Below, piece by piece: positions 36,900 to 46,172 of a stretch of 64,000 bases of DNA. How positions within the stretch are numbered: the stretch's first letter is position 1; each line of letters starts with the position of its first letter. The notes below the pieces were generated by a model that had not been told where the DNA came from, ran no database searches, and saw only the letters and a program-made list of their open reading frames with translations. The stretch is taken from positions 1,536,001 through 1,600,000 of the forward strand of contig CAWHDP010000002.1 in assembly GCA_963828125.1 (NCBI GenBank), written 5' to 3'. Position numbers and translations under genes: made by a program. The stretch is from an uncultured Chlamydiae bacterium (GTDB lineage: Bacteria > Chlamydiota > Chlamydiia > Chlamydiales > SM23-39).

Positions 36900-37361
36900 T
36901 CAAGGGAATTTTTTTCTAATCAGCGGCTCGATTTCTTTGGGGACAAATCCATTCAGAGAGCCTTTGAAATGGGCGATTTCCCGAATAAGGGACGAGCTAA
37001 TATGTGGCTCATCAGCCCCGAAGAATACTGTCTCGATCCCGCTTAAGCGGCGGTTGGCCTCCGCCATTTGCAGTTCGGTCTCGCAATCGGCCAAGGAGCG
37101 AAGACCTCTGATGAGAAAAGATCCCTTTTTTTCTTTTGCGAAGTCGACGATCAGGCCATGGAAGGGGTGAATCTCGGCCTCTGGGGCTATTTTTTGGAGC
37201 ATTTCCCGCCTCTCATCAACAGAAAAGAGCGAGGTTTTACCGGGCTTGAGTCCGATGGCGATGACGAGGTGCTCGCAGATAGCTCCCGATTTTTGGATGA
37301 TGGCCAAATGGCCGAGAGTGGGCGGGTCGAAGGTGCCGGGAAAAATACCGATTCGTCTCAT
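36900..37361 (-). CDS. coaD: phosphopantetheine adenylyltransferase
   Basis: PGTFDPPTLGH, IRGLR and ISSSLIREIA motifs. Confidence 0.95.
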   Translation of the reverse strand: MRRIGIFPGTFDPPTLGHLAIIQKSGAICEHLVIAIGLKPGKTSLFSVDERREMLQKIAPEAEIHPFHGLIVDFAKEKKGSFLIRGLRSLADCETELQMAEANRRLSGIETVFFGADEPHISSSLIREIAHFKGSLNGFVPKEIEPLIRKKFP

Positions 37362-38332
37362 TGAATGACCTCGTTTAACCGAGCGATGAACGGCCGTAAC
37401 TCGAGTGGATTTTGTATGGGAAGCGCTAGTCTTTTTGGCGGGTGTTGTCCTGGACTCTCCGCGCGCAATTTTTCATAAACGGCTCGTTCTCGTATCTGTT
37501 TGAGGAGCTCTTGGCTGGGGCGAGAATTGTCTAATAAGGCGTTGAGAACATCGAGATCGTGGGCGATCAGCGCACCGAAAAACGCAGATTGCAATCCAGA
37601 ATTTGGCACTATGTTTTCGGAGTTGTCGACCCCGGCATTGGGGTTGTCCGCAGTAGAAATGGTTAAATGGGATCGCAAAATCAGTGTGATAATTTTTGGG
37701 TTGTTCCGCCGTACTGCGAGCAATAAAAGCTCATCTCCATTGAATCTTCTGCTTAGATGGATCAGAAATTCGACTGTGTCTACCTTCCCTCCCGCCACCG
37801 CGTTTGTAATAGCCTTTTGAATGATTGTTTGACTGGGTTGAAAATTATAAAATAGATCCCGTTGCTGAAGAATATCGTAGAGAGCTTTGAAATCTTGTAT
37901 ATTGAACCCTCCTGCGGCCTCAATCAACCCTCGGGCCGTTTGTGTAGGTGTAAGCAATTTGTGTAATGGCAGGGGGAGCTGGTTCTCTAGAATGGCGTGG
38001 TAAAAAATTGCATAGATCTGTGTTGTGCTAGCCGAAAATGTTTGTAAGTTCACACCATGCCGGATGCGACCATAGAGTGTATGAGCCAGTGTCTTTAACT
38101 TTATCCCAATGGATAAATTCGGTGAATTGGCAAATACCCCTTGCGCTTCCTGGATAACAGGATCTTCTGAAAGACGCTCCCAAATCAGCTCTCTGAATTG
38201 TTCTGTCAATGTGGCAAATTTTTTACATACTGCAGGGAACGCTGATTCATCGGAGACGTAAGAGAGGATTTCGAGTATGATCTCATCCGGGGGGAAAGCT
38301 AGCAATCTATTATTGGGAACGATGGAGTCCAT
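37358..38332 (-). CDS. F-box-like protein with degenerate ankyrin-like repeats
   Basis: PDEIILEILSYV...PAVCKKF (F-box); LLLAVRRNNPKIITLIL and AVAGGKVDTVEFLI (ankyrin-like). Start re-placed at MDSIVP. Confidence 0.75.
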   Translation of the reverse strand: MDSIVPNNRLLAFPPDEIILEILSYVSDESAFPAVCKKFATLTEQFRELIWERLSEDPVIQEAQGVFANSPNLSIGIKLKTLAHTLYGRIRHGVNLQTFSASTTQIYAIFYHAILENQLPLPLHKLLTPTQTARGLIEAAGGFNIQDFKALYDILQQRDLFYNFQPSQTIIQKAITNAVAGGKVDTVEFLIHLSRRFNGDELLLLAVRRNNPKIITLILRSHLTISTADNPNAGVDNSENIVPNSGLQSAFFGALIAHDLDVLNALLDNSRPSQELLKQIRERAVYEKLRAESPGQHPPKRLALPIQNPLELRPFIARLNEVIQ

Positions 38333-38351
38333 TTCAACCTTTTTGACGAGC

Positions 38352-38380
38352 ATTATACTAAAAGGATCATTTTTTTTCGA
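38352..38380 (-). promoter_or_regulatory. sigma70-like promoter for the F-box gene
   Basis: Minus strand reads TCGAAA-N17-TATAAT, immediately beside the palindromic element. Confidence 0.45.
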
Positions 38381-38383
38381 TCC

Positions 38384-38431
38384 TATACTGCGGCTACCCC
38401 AAAAGTGTGAATTTGGGGTGGCCGCAGTATA
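38384..38431. repeat. 48-bp palindromic miniature element, copy 2 (inverted relative to copy 1)
   Basis: TATACTGCGGCTACCCCAAA-AGTGTGAA-TTTGGGGTGGCCGCAGTATA is 47/48 identical to the reverse complement of 345-392. Confidence 0.9.
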
Positions 38432-38445
38432 AAATTCTCTGATAT

Positions 38446-39012
38446 TTAACGGGAATCGCTGCACTGATTCTGAAAAAGGGTGATGAGTGCGGCGCCAAAT
38501 CTCCTTGTTTCTTTGCACTGCAAGGTTCCGATTCCCGCCGTAGGCCGTCCTCTCTTGGGGTGACGCCTCTCTTCTAAAAAGAGAGTGCCTCCGGGCGCTA
38601 GCAGCTGGGCTGCGGGTTTGATGTCAAACCCTATATCATAAGGGGGGTCTATATAGATCAAATCAAAGAGGGCCTTTTGCCGAGCTAAGAGTTCCACGGC
38701 CCGGGAGGCTTCCATGCCGACGATACTCGTCTCTGCCTCCCCTTTCAGTATTCCGATGTTTTCCTTAATACAGGCAATGGCTTGCCGGTTTTGTTCAATG
38801 AAAGTTGCGTGGGCGGCGCCTCGGCTGAGCGCTTCGAGTCCCATCGCGCCGCTGCCGGCAAAAAGGTCGAGAAAGCGGGCTCCGCCCACCTCATTTTGGC
38901 AAATATTGAAGATCGCCTCGCGAAGCATCCCTTGAGTGGGGCGGGTCGATCCCCCTTTCGGCGTTTTTAACGCCCTTCCCTTCCATTTCCCGGCGATGAT
39001 TTTGAGCGTCAT
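38446..39012 (-). CDS. rsmD: 16S rRNA m2G966 methyltransferase
   Basis: IIAGKWKGR, TRPT, LDLFAGSGAMGLEALSRGA and DPPY motifs. Confidence 0.95.
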   Translation of the reverse strand: MTLKIIAGKWKGRALKTPKGGSTRPTQGMLREAIFNICQNEVGGARFLDLFAGSGAMGLEALSRGAAHATFIEQNRQAIACIKENIGILKGEAETSIVGMEASRAVELLARQKALFDLIYIDPPYDIGFDIKPAAQLLAPGGTLFLEERRHPKRGRPTAGIGTLQCKETRRFGAALITLFQNQCSDSR

Positions 39013-40691
39013 CGGATAGCTGTTGGAAAATCGTAAGGTTCTAAAAGGGCTTCTGCGTCGGCGATGTGTTTTGGATCTTCGTCGATCATATACTGTTCGT
39101 AGTGTTCATACGCCCGCTGAAAGGCGAACTCTTGTTTTAACGACTTATTCCCTTTGCGGGCCTGAAGAAAGGAGATGGTTTTCTTCACGTTAAGCCAACG
39201 CCCTTTAAGGCGTCCTTGAATGAAGAGGATGAAGTCGTCCAGGGTGTCGGTCTCGCCTAAAATTACGTAGGGCTGATCGAGATAGAGATGGGGCATCTGT
39301 ACGCTTTTGGGATAGGTCTTTATTTTCGATTTAGGCGATCGGCTGATCGCATGGCAGACGAGGTTTTTCGCGATTGGATATTCGATCATTTTCATCAATT
39401 TCAGTAATTTCCTTTTTAGCCCTCGACTGGTGGGAGCATTCAATATTTTGCCCCGATTGAACATGGTTGCCGCATCTAAAGCGGCCATATTTGGGTCGTT
39501 TAAGCCGATGGCGAAGAGGGATACTTTACCCTGGTTGTAGGCGGTCCAGTCGTGGAGCAGGAGCCGCTGGGTCGATTTTTTGGCCAAAGTCTCTCCATCG
39601 GTCAGAAGAATGGCAGTGTACACCTGATCGTTTTCTGCCGAGCCTGGGATGGTCAGAAAGAGGGGCTTGTAGAGATCGCTTGAGGAGAAAAAACTGCCGA
39701 GCTGGACTTTGTCCAAAAACTCTTCCGCCATTGCATAGGATCTCTCCATACAGGGTAGGTCGTTGGGAGACATTTTCTCCACTTTGCTATCAAAGGCGAT
39801 GATATTGAAGGTGTCGCCTGGCACGAGCTCTCCAAGCGCTTTGTGGACGGCTGTTTTGGTGGCCAAGAGGCGCCCCTGTTGGATGGAATTGGAGCGGTCG
39901 ATGAGAAAAGTAATGTGTTGGTTGAGTTTGGGTAAATCGAGATCGGGACGAGGAATGAGCGTGAGCGCGAAAATATACCCTTTCCCCTCTTCCCGAGGTA
40001 AAACGACAAGGTCGGCGTCAAAGGAGTCAGAGTAAGAGGATGTTTCAAGTTCGGCGAGCGTAGGGAGTTTGGGGAGGTGCGGTAGGGGGATCAAACCGGG
40101 CGGTTTGCCGACTGTCGGCGCTTCGGTCAAGGCGAGGTCGATCTTTTCCGTATGGATCACCTCCGTTGAGGGGGCCTCCACGTCGATAGAGGGAGATTCT
40201 GCAGAGAGGGCGATAAAAGAGCGGGCCTGCAGAGGGATAAAGAGGGGGCGGGACGGCTCCACAGGAGTGGGGACGATGAGATCCTTGGGGAGGTGATCCA
40301 AGAGATTGAACGATTGGCTGTGAATGGAAAAAGTGGGCAGCACGGGGCTGGCAAGAAGGGGCTCTTGAATGGGAAGGGGGAGTTGGAACAAAATCGGAGG
40401 GAGACGTTCGGACTCACGGATTTGGACGGGAGTTTTCAGAGCAGGGGTTGCCAAATCTTCGGGGCAGGCCTCTAATGGGGCTGTCTCTTCAGGTTCTCTC
40501 ACCTCTTCAAAGGCGCTCTTCAAAATGTGGTCTCGCTCTTTTTTGTCGACCTGGACGAACCAATTTTCATTATTTTGTCCTGTCTGAGGCGAAGAAAACC
40601 AGAGTGAATACCGATGAATGCAGAGGAGCGCGGCAGCGTGGAAGAGGAGCGATAGAGTCAAACATCCGGTGAGGATTTGTCTATGATTCAT
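39009..40691 (-). CDS. membrane-anchored vWA-domain protein with Pro-rich linker
   Basis: N-terminal TM, Pro/Glu-rich stretch, MIDAS DRSNS...LLTDG. Confidence 0.85.
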   Translation of the reverse strand: MNHRQILTGCLTLSLLFHAAALLCIHRYSLWFSSPQTGQNNENWFVQVDKKERDHILKSAFEEVREPEETAPLEACPEDLATPALKTPVQIRESERLPPILFQLPLPIQEPLLASPVLPTFSIHSQSFNLLDHLPKDLIVPTPVEPSRPLFIPLQARSFIALSAESPSIDVEAPSTEVIHTEKIDLALTEAPTVGKPPGLIPLPHLPKLPTLAELETSSYSDSFDADLVVLPREEGKGYIFALTLIPRPDLDLPKLNQHITFLIDRSNSIQQGRLLATKTAVHKALGELVPGDTFNIIAFDSKVEKMSPNDLPCMERSYAMAEEFLDKVQLGSFFSSSDLYKPLFLTIPGSAENDQVYTAILLTDGETLAKKSTQRLLLHDWTAYNQGKVSLFAIGLNDPNMAALDAATMFNRGKILNAPTSRGLKRKLLKLMKMIEYPIAKNLVCHAISRSPKSKIKTYPKSVQMPHLYLDQPYVILGETDTLDDFILFIQGRLKGRWLNVKKTISFLQARKGNKSLKQEFAFQRAYEHYEQYMIDEDPKHIADAEALLEPYDFPTAIR

Positions 40692-43155
40692 CGGTCAATA
40701 ATTTACGGACCCGCGCGTCTAAAGCGGGCGCCATCGGTTCATTCATCATTTCTAGCAATAGATCTTTGGCTTTCTCTTTTGCACCCTGCGCTGCAAAAAT
40801 CTCTGCGTCGATCAATTTCATATAACCCTGGTAAATCCGGTCTTTCCGCGGGGCTTTCGCTCGAGCTGCATGATAGTCTTTTGAGAGAAGATCGTCCGTT
40901 TGCGTAAAATCCAGTTTGGTCTTCTCAAGGAGCGCAACCTTCCTCTTTAGATCTCCTTTGGCAGCGAGCGCAGCATAGTCCAAAGCCGCCTCTAAATAAA
41001 GAGGTTCTCCTTCAAAGTTTTTTTGAACAACTAAATTTTTGAGCTGGGTGGCAATCGCCGTTAGATTTGGATGTTCGCAAGCAAGCTTTAAGCGGGCCCC
41101 TTGAAGCGCGGCGGCGGCGCTCAATGAAGATCTCCCCGTACCACACGAGACGGTAATCGCATCAAAAAGATCGATTGCCTTGTCGACGACCCCTTTTTTC
41201 ACATAGTTCTCGCCGAGGAGAAGCTTCGCTTCATCATTATTTGGAGCCACTGGCTCCAAAAGGGCGATCGCATCGTCGATCCGGCCGAGGATCGAATAGA
41301 CTTTCGCCAATTTACAAGCGAGCAGCTCTGAATGTAAAGCGGCTTTACATTTATCTAGCAGCGAGGCGGTGCGGGCCGCTAAGACGAAATTCCCCTGTTC
41401 ATCCATCAGCTGATTGTAATAAAAATCGGCGAGCCAAAGGAGATTTTCTCTCTTTAGATCGGCCTTGGCCATAAAGGCTTCGTAGAGATGTTGAGCCGCC
41501 CTCTCCACCTCATTGAGCTGCAGATAAGCATTGTAGAGGGAGAGGTGGATCTGGCCTAGATCGATCAAATTGGCCCCTTGAGAGAGCGACTTTTCGGCAA
41601 GCTGGCAAAAATGTTGAATATCTTGATGGCCGTCGCGATAGCAGAGGGCAAGGAGAAGGCGGCTGTTCGGACTTTTCAAAGGTTCGAGCGCTCCGGTCGC
41701 CTGATCGTATTCTTGCAGTTGGTAGTGGGTCTTGGCCAGCAAAAGTTGCCACTCCTCTTTTTCCTCTTCGGAGAGAGGGAGTTTTAAAAAAAGTTCTAGG
41801 TCGGCGATCAATCCCCTTTTATGTGCAGGTTCTAGAGCGGCGATCTCGGTTGATGAGGAGGCAAAATATCTCCAAACAAAGGGGGCCAGCGGATGCTCAG
41901 GAAATGCGGCGAGAAATTGGCGTCCCTGCTGATAGCAGGAGATCCAATTTTTCTCTTTATAGTCGAGGTGAATGAGTTCAAAGAGGACTTGGGCTTTTTG
42001 CAAAGAGTCCGGGTATTGAGTCAAAAGATTCGCAAGCTGCTCTTTCGCCTCCGCAAACCTCTCCCCTCTTTTTAAGAGCTGGGCGCGCGAGAAATAGGCT
42101 TTTTGAAGGTCGGGATGCTGCGGGTAATGGGCTTTCAGTCTGTTTGTGGCCTCGTCCAGAGCAGTTAAGTCGCCGCAACTGTAGGCGGCGTCGAGCAGAC
42201 TTAAAAGCGCGGCGTTGAGCGTCTCTGACACGGGAGCGGTTTCGATATAGGTTTTCAACTCTTTGATCGCCTCTTCATACCTTTTTAACTGGAGGAGGCT
42301 TCGCCCCAAAAAGAGACGGGCGGCACCCATCCTGTCGGCGGGGATGAGCGGTAAGGAATTTTCATTCACCAATTCTTCAAATTGGCCTAAATCAAAGCGG
42401 AGAACCATCCGGTTATAGGCCGCCTCTTTGCCCTTTTTTTGGTTCATTTTGACGATTTTATCGAACGTCTCGATAGCGAGTTTTTTGTCGTATTCCGACT
42501 GGATGAGGGCCACTTGGAAAAGCATCTCCTCTTCTATAGCGGGATTTTTTTGAGCCAGTGCGAGATAAATTTCGGTCGATTTCGCAAAATCCTTTAGGAT
42601 GCAGCAGAGGTGGGCGTAGCCTTGTGCGATCTCATTAGAGAGTTCAGTGTGGTAGAGCGTTTCGAAATAGGGTCTGGCCCGTTCGGCGAGTTTGAGGAGC
42701 TGATCGGTCTCTCTGGAGGCGTTGAGGCATTGGTGGTAGAGAGCGATCGCAAGGAAGTAGGTGACGTGGAGATTGGGCCGTTTTTCAAGGTATTTTTCGC
42801 ATTCGTCTGTCAATGTGGCATACCATTGCATTTCATAGAGGCACTGCATCCGGTTTAAAAAGACCCGTTCGATGAATTCGGCTGATTGCACCTGCGCATA
42901 ATAGTTGAGGGCGTTTGAATAATTTTTTTCACGCAAAAATAAATCGCCTAACGCGGAACAAAGGGCGTCGGAAAAAGGGCTCTCTGGATATTCGACGATG
43001 AACTCCTCCATTTGAGTCTTGGCGATTTGGTACTCTCCCTCTTGCCAAAAATCGGCGATCCGGCGGAGGAAAAGAGCTTCGCTGTCTGTTTCGGTTCCGT
43101 AGAGAAGGGTTCCTGTTAAAAGCAATGTCCGGCAAAGGCGCATCATCCTATCCAT
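40681..43155 (-). CDS. exported tetratricopeptide-repeat protein
   Basis: Signal-like N-terminus and repeated TPR units (F...YPESPF, YP.H/S). Start re-placed at MDRMMRL. Confidence 0.85.
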   Translation of the reverse strand: MDRMMRLCRTLLLTGTLLYGTETDSEALFLRRIADFWQEGEYQIAKTQMEEFIVEYPESPFSDALCSALGDLFLREKNYSNALNYYAQVQSAEFIERVFLNRMQCLYEMQWYATLTDECEKYLEKRPNLHVTYFLAIALYHQCLNASRETDQLLKLAERARPYFETLYHTELSNEIAQGYAHLCCILKDFAKSTEIYLALAQKNPAIEEEMLFQVALIQSEYDKKLAIETFDKIVKMNQKKGKEAAYNRMVLRFDLGQFEELVNENSLPLIPADRMGAARLFLGRSLLQLKRYEEAIKELKTYIETAPVSETLNAALLSLLDAAYSCGDLTALDEATNRLKAHYPQHPDLQKAYFSRAQLLKRGERFAEAKEQLANLLTQYPDSLQKAQVLFELIHLDYKEKNWISCYQQGRQFLAAFPEHPLAPFVWRYFASSSTEIAALEPAHKRGLIADLELFLKLPLSEEEKEEWQLLLAKTHYQLQEYDQATGALEPLKSPNSRLLLALCYRDGHQDIQHFCQLAEKSLSQGANLIDLGQIHLSLYNAYLQLNEVERAAQHLYEAFMAKADLKRENLLWLADFYYNQLMDEQGNFVLAARTASLLDKCKAALHSELLACKLAKVYSILGRIDDAIALLEPVAPNNDEAKLLLGENYVKKGVVDKAIDLFDAITVSCGTGRSSLSAAAALQGARLKLACEHPNLTAIATQLKNLVVQKNFEGEPLYLEAALDYAALAAKGDLKRKVALLEKTKLDFTQTDDLLSKDYHAARAKAPRKDRIYQGYMKLIDAEIFAAQGAKEKAKDLLLEMMNEPMAPALDARVRKLLTDES

Positions 43156-43239
43156 CCTAGGTTGGCCTTTGATTATACGAACTGAGCGAATAAATTGCCC
43201 ATCTGATATACTTTTCCCTTTGTAAGGGAAATTTTTCAC

Positions 43240-44172
43240 ATGGGAATTTTGCTTGCGCTTATCGCTGGAATTTTTATGCCGCTCACGAATTTAACTGTGA
43301 GAAAAGGGGTCGACGCCGGCGGAAACGCCAAAGGCTATTTTGTCTTTCAGTCGATCTCATCGCTCCTCTTTGCCTTGTTGATCGGCCCTGTCTGGACGGG
43401 CGATTTTTCACCCTCTTTGCCGGCGGCCATCTTGGGGATCTCTGCCGGATTGATCCTCTCTTTGATGCTCTACTCCCTTGGTAAAGCGGTGGAAAAAGGG
43501 CCCCCCGGATTCACTTTTGCGATTTTGAATTCGGCGACAGTGACGCCGGGATTGTTGATGGCTATTTTGTTTGGCGCTGCCATGGGATATGAATACAATT
43601 TTTACCACGGCGCCGGGTCGATTCTCGTGATCGGCGGCCTTTTTTGGGCGGGCAAGGGGCTTCAGGGGTTGAAAGATAGGAATCAATGGATTCTTTTTTC
43701 GCTCGCGATGTTTGCCATGCACGCTCTGCTCCTTGCGCTTTATCAGTGGCGCGGTTTTCTCCTCAAGCCGGAGCGGCCAGCCGGCATTTTCCCCTTTTTT
43801 TCAATCGATTCGGTGAAAAGCGAGTGCTTTGCCCCATTCATGTTCCTGACATCGGGGTTGATCCAGATCTCTATTTATTTTCGATCTAAAACTTCCAAGC
43901 CAAAAGCGGGAGAAATTGCATATGGCTTTATCGGCGGACTTTCGAATTCTTTATGTACATTTTTCTTATTAGCCGCGGCTGAAAAGGCGAGCGCTTTGGA
44001 GCATGCGATGATTTTCCCCATTTTTTCAGTCGTGGGCATTATCTTAACGAATGCCTGGGGGCAGAAGTTGTATCAAGAGCAGGTGAATTGGCGGGCCTGT
44101 CAGATGTGCGCGTTTGGACTGATTGTCGGAACCGTGGATTGGAAAGCGGTCGCTGCCGCCATCGGGTTTTGA
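43240..44172 (+). CDS. DMT/EamA-superfamily membrane transporter
   Basis: About ten TM segments in two similar halves. Confidence 0.75.
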   Translation: MGILLALIAGIFMPLTNLTVRKGVDAGGNAKGYFVFQSISSLLFALLIGPVWTGDFSPSLPAAILGISAGLILSLMLYSLGKAVEKGPPGFTFAILNSATVTPGLLMAILFGAAMGYEYNFYHGAGSILVIGGLFWAGKGLQGLKDRNQWILFSLAMFAMHALLLALYQWRGFLLKPERPAGIFPFFSIDSVKSECFAPFMFLTSGLIQISIYFRSKTSKPKAGEIAYGFIGGLSNSLCTFFLLAAAEKASALEHAMIFPIFSVVGIILTNAWGQKLYQEQVNWRACQMCAFGLIVGTVDWKAVAAAIGF

Positions 44173-44278
44173 AATGGACGTTGCCCCGCGGCGCTGATAA
44201 AATGTTCAGTTAAAGAAAATTCTTGAACTTTAAAAAAAATTGTGACACCATTCATCGATTCTTAACAAATGAGGGTAT

Positions 44279-45400
44279 ATGGTTGAAGAATCTTATTTTG
44301 ATGAATTGGATCGCACATCATTCAATCTGGCCGACTCAGTCGGTCGTGTTTTTGATTACACTTACGGTTGGCTGGGGTGCCGCTTGGTGGCTCCGCTTGA
44401 GCCGAACAAATTTGATAATGCGGCGAGTCTGACTGCCGAAATCGGGGTGCGGGTTCTGATTGTCCTCGGTTCGATCGCTGCGATGACTGCGGCCGGGTTC
44501 TATCTTCTTGGAGCGGGTCTTGTTTTAGGGGTTGGGAGAGAAGTCTTAAAGCAGGCCGGCTTTTATTTTCAAAAAGGGGGCTTTACCCATATTCGAGGCA
44601 AGGCGCCGGAGGTGAAGATCGGAGGCGGCCAGGCGAGCGTGATGACTTGGAACATCGCTGGCGAGGGGTATGAAAAAGGGGTAGTCCATTGGAGTTCAAG
44701 GATCGATCGGATCGCTGAAAGGATCAAATCCGAAAATCCCCATGTGGTTGTATTGCAGGGGGTGAATTCGACCGCTCTGATAGAGGCGCTTGTTGAGAAA
44801 TTGGGAGATCGGTATGCCCATTTTTTTGGTTATGAAGGGAACCTCATGGTGATCACCCAGTGTCCTTATAAAGATTTTACAGATACCCGCTTTATTGAAA
44901 ATGGTCCGGAGGAAAACTGCGGTTTCGCAACACTTGAAATCAATGGACTCCGAATCATTGGCACAGAACTGGCCTCAGGAAAGGGGGCTGAGGAAATCCG
45001 CTCAGGGCAGATGAAGCAGATCATCGATGCGCTTGCCGCTAAAAAAGTGGCGATGCCAACCCTTTTTGTAGGCGACGCCCATTTTGATCGGGATGGGGAA
45101 GAGGGACAGAAACTTTCCAAATCTATGTATCACAGCTATTGGGGAGAGCCGACTCAGACGAATGGACTGGCTCGCCAGTGGACGTCAGATCAAGGGGAAA
45201 GGGTTGAGGAGACGTCGAGTTCTTATATCTCTTTGGTCAAATGCTATTCTGAGGATGGGAAGAGACTCCCTGTGCAAGAAAAGGGGATCGCCCTTGTCGA
45301 TTCACGGATTGTGCCAGGTTATGGGAAGAATTACGACACCCAAGAGGCTTTATCTCACAGCCACGCAATCGTGACGACGATCCAAGGTCTTCCCAAATAA
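44279..45400 (+). CDS. membrane-anchored endonuclease/exonuclease/phosphatase (EEP) fold protein
   Basis: VMTWNI, PHVVVLQ, VGD and terminal SHSHAI motifs after a hydrophobic hairpin. Confidence 0.75.
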   Translation: MVEESYFDELDRTSFNLADSVGRVFDYTYGWLGCRLVAPLEPNKFDNAASLTAEIGVRVLIVLGSIAAMTAAGFYLLGAGLVLGVGREVLKQAGFYFQKGGFTHIRGKAPEVKIGGGQASVMTWNIAGEGYEKGVVHWSSRIDRIAERIKSENPHVVVLQGVNSTALIEALVEKLGDRYAHFFGYEGNLMVITQCPYKDFTDTRFIENGPEENCGFATLEINGLRIIGTELASGKGAEEIRSGQMKQIIDALAAKKVAMPTLFVGDAHFDRDGEEGQKLSKSMYHSYWGEPTQTNGLARQWTSDQGERVEETSSSYISLVKCYSEDGKRLPVQEKGIALVDSRIVPGYGKNYDTQEALSHSHAIVTTIQGLPK

Positions 45401-45411
45401 CCTATATCCGG

Positions 45412-45445
45412 GGGCCGCGCACAGCGCGGCCCGTTTTGTTTTTTT
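45412..45445 (+). terminator. intrinsic terminator
   Basis: GGGCCGCGC-ACA-GCGCGGCCC followed by a T-rich run. Confidence 0.85.
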
Positions 45446-46052
45446 AATTGGCGCCTTCGTGCGCCTGGACTATGACGAGGTCATTATCCAGATCTGGCTT
45501 GTCTGGCAGACCTGGGCTGTCTGGCTGAGGTGGGTTGTCTGACAGAGGTGGGTTGTCTGGCAGAGGTGGGTGGTCTGGCAGAGGTGGGTGGTCTGGCAGA
45601 GGTGGGTGGTCTGGCTCCCCTATCTTTTGGGACGGAGAGGGCGTTGGGGGTAGAGGTTTCGGTTTGTCGCCCCTGCTTGTTGATGAATGGGGTATTTTTG
45701 TCTGGATGGAGATGGGAGGCATGTTCCGTTTGCCGAATTGGAAGAGCGCTTGGAATGAATTCCAACTCAATTGGAAAGCCTTTAGAGCTTCCACTTTTTG
45801 TTCTTCCAGGTAGTTTGCATCTATCTTCATAAACATCTGTTGGATGCTTAAAAAAGCGCTCACTACAGATCTGCAAACACCTTCTGTGTGTAATACGAAC
45901 AGCGCGCCGATCGATATGACTCTTCCGACTAGCTCGTTTTTTACGATTCCCATCCAGGATGGGTCTCTAGACGCCTCTTCATAATAGGCTCGTTGATAAA
46001 GATACAATTCCCTTGGGTAGGAAAGTGGCTGAGAATTTAGGGTCGTTGACAT
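45444..46052 (-). CDS. hypothetical protein with C-terminal PD(H/N)PPL repeats
   Basis: 202 aa, GAGG RBS, Pro-rich tail. Confidence 0.75.
   Translation of the reverse strand: MSTTLNSQPLSYPRELYLYQRAYYEEASRDPSWMGIVKNELVGRVISIGALFVLHTEGVCRSVVSAFLSIQQMFMKIDANYLEEQKVEALKAFQLSWNSFQALFQFGKRNMPPISIQTKIPHSSTSRGDKPKPLPPTPSPSQKIGEPDHPPLPDHPPLPDHPPLPDNPPLSDNPPQPDSPGLPDKPDLDNDLVIVQAHEGAN
45489..45614. repeat. 18-bp tandem repeat x7 (coding)
   Basis: Unit CAGAGGTGGGTGGTCTGG: three perfect and four progressively degenerate copies. Confidence 0.9.
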
Positions 46053-46172
46053 GAATTCCTCTCTTGTAAAATGAGGTGGGATTGTACATGATTAAAATTT
46101 TTTTGAAAACAAAAAAAATCGGATAATTGACAAAATTTGTCTCCAACACCGATAGTTCATCTAGGAGACTTT

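Noticed and set aside
45489..45614. Possible CRISPR array
   Set aside because: Contiguous 18-bp units without spacers, in frame within a CDS; no cas genes in the window.
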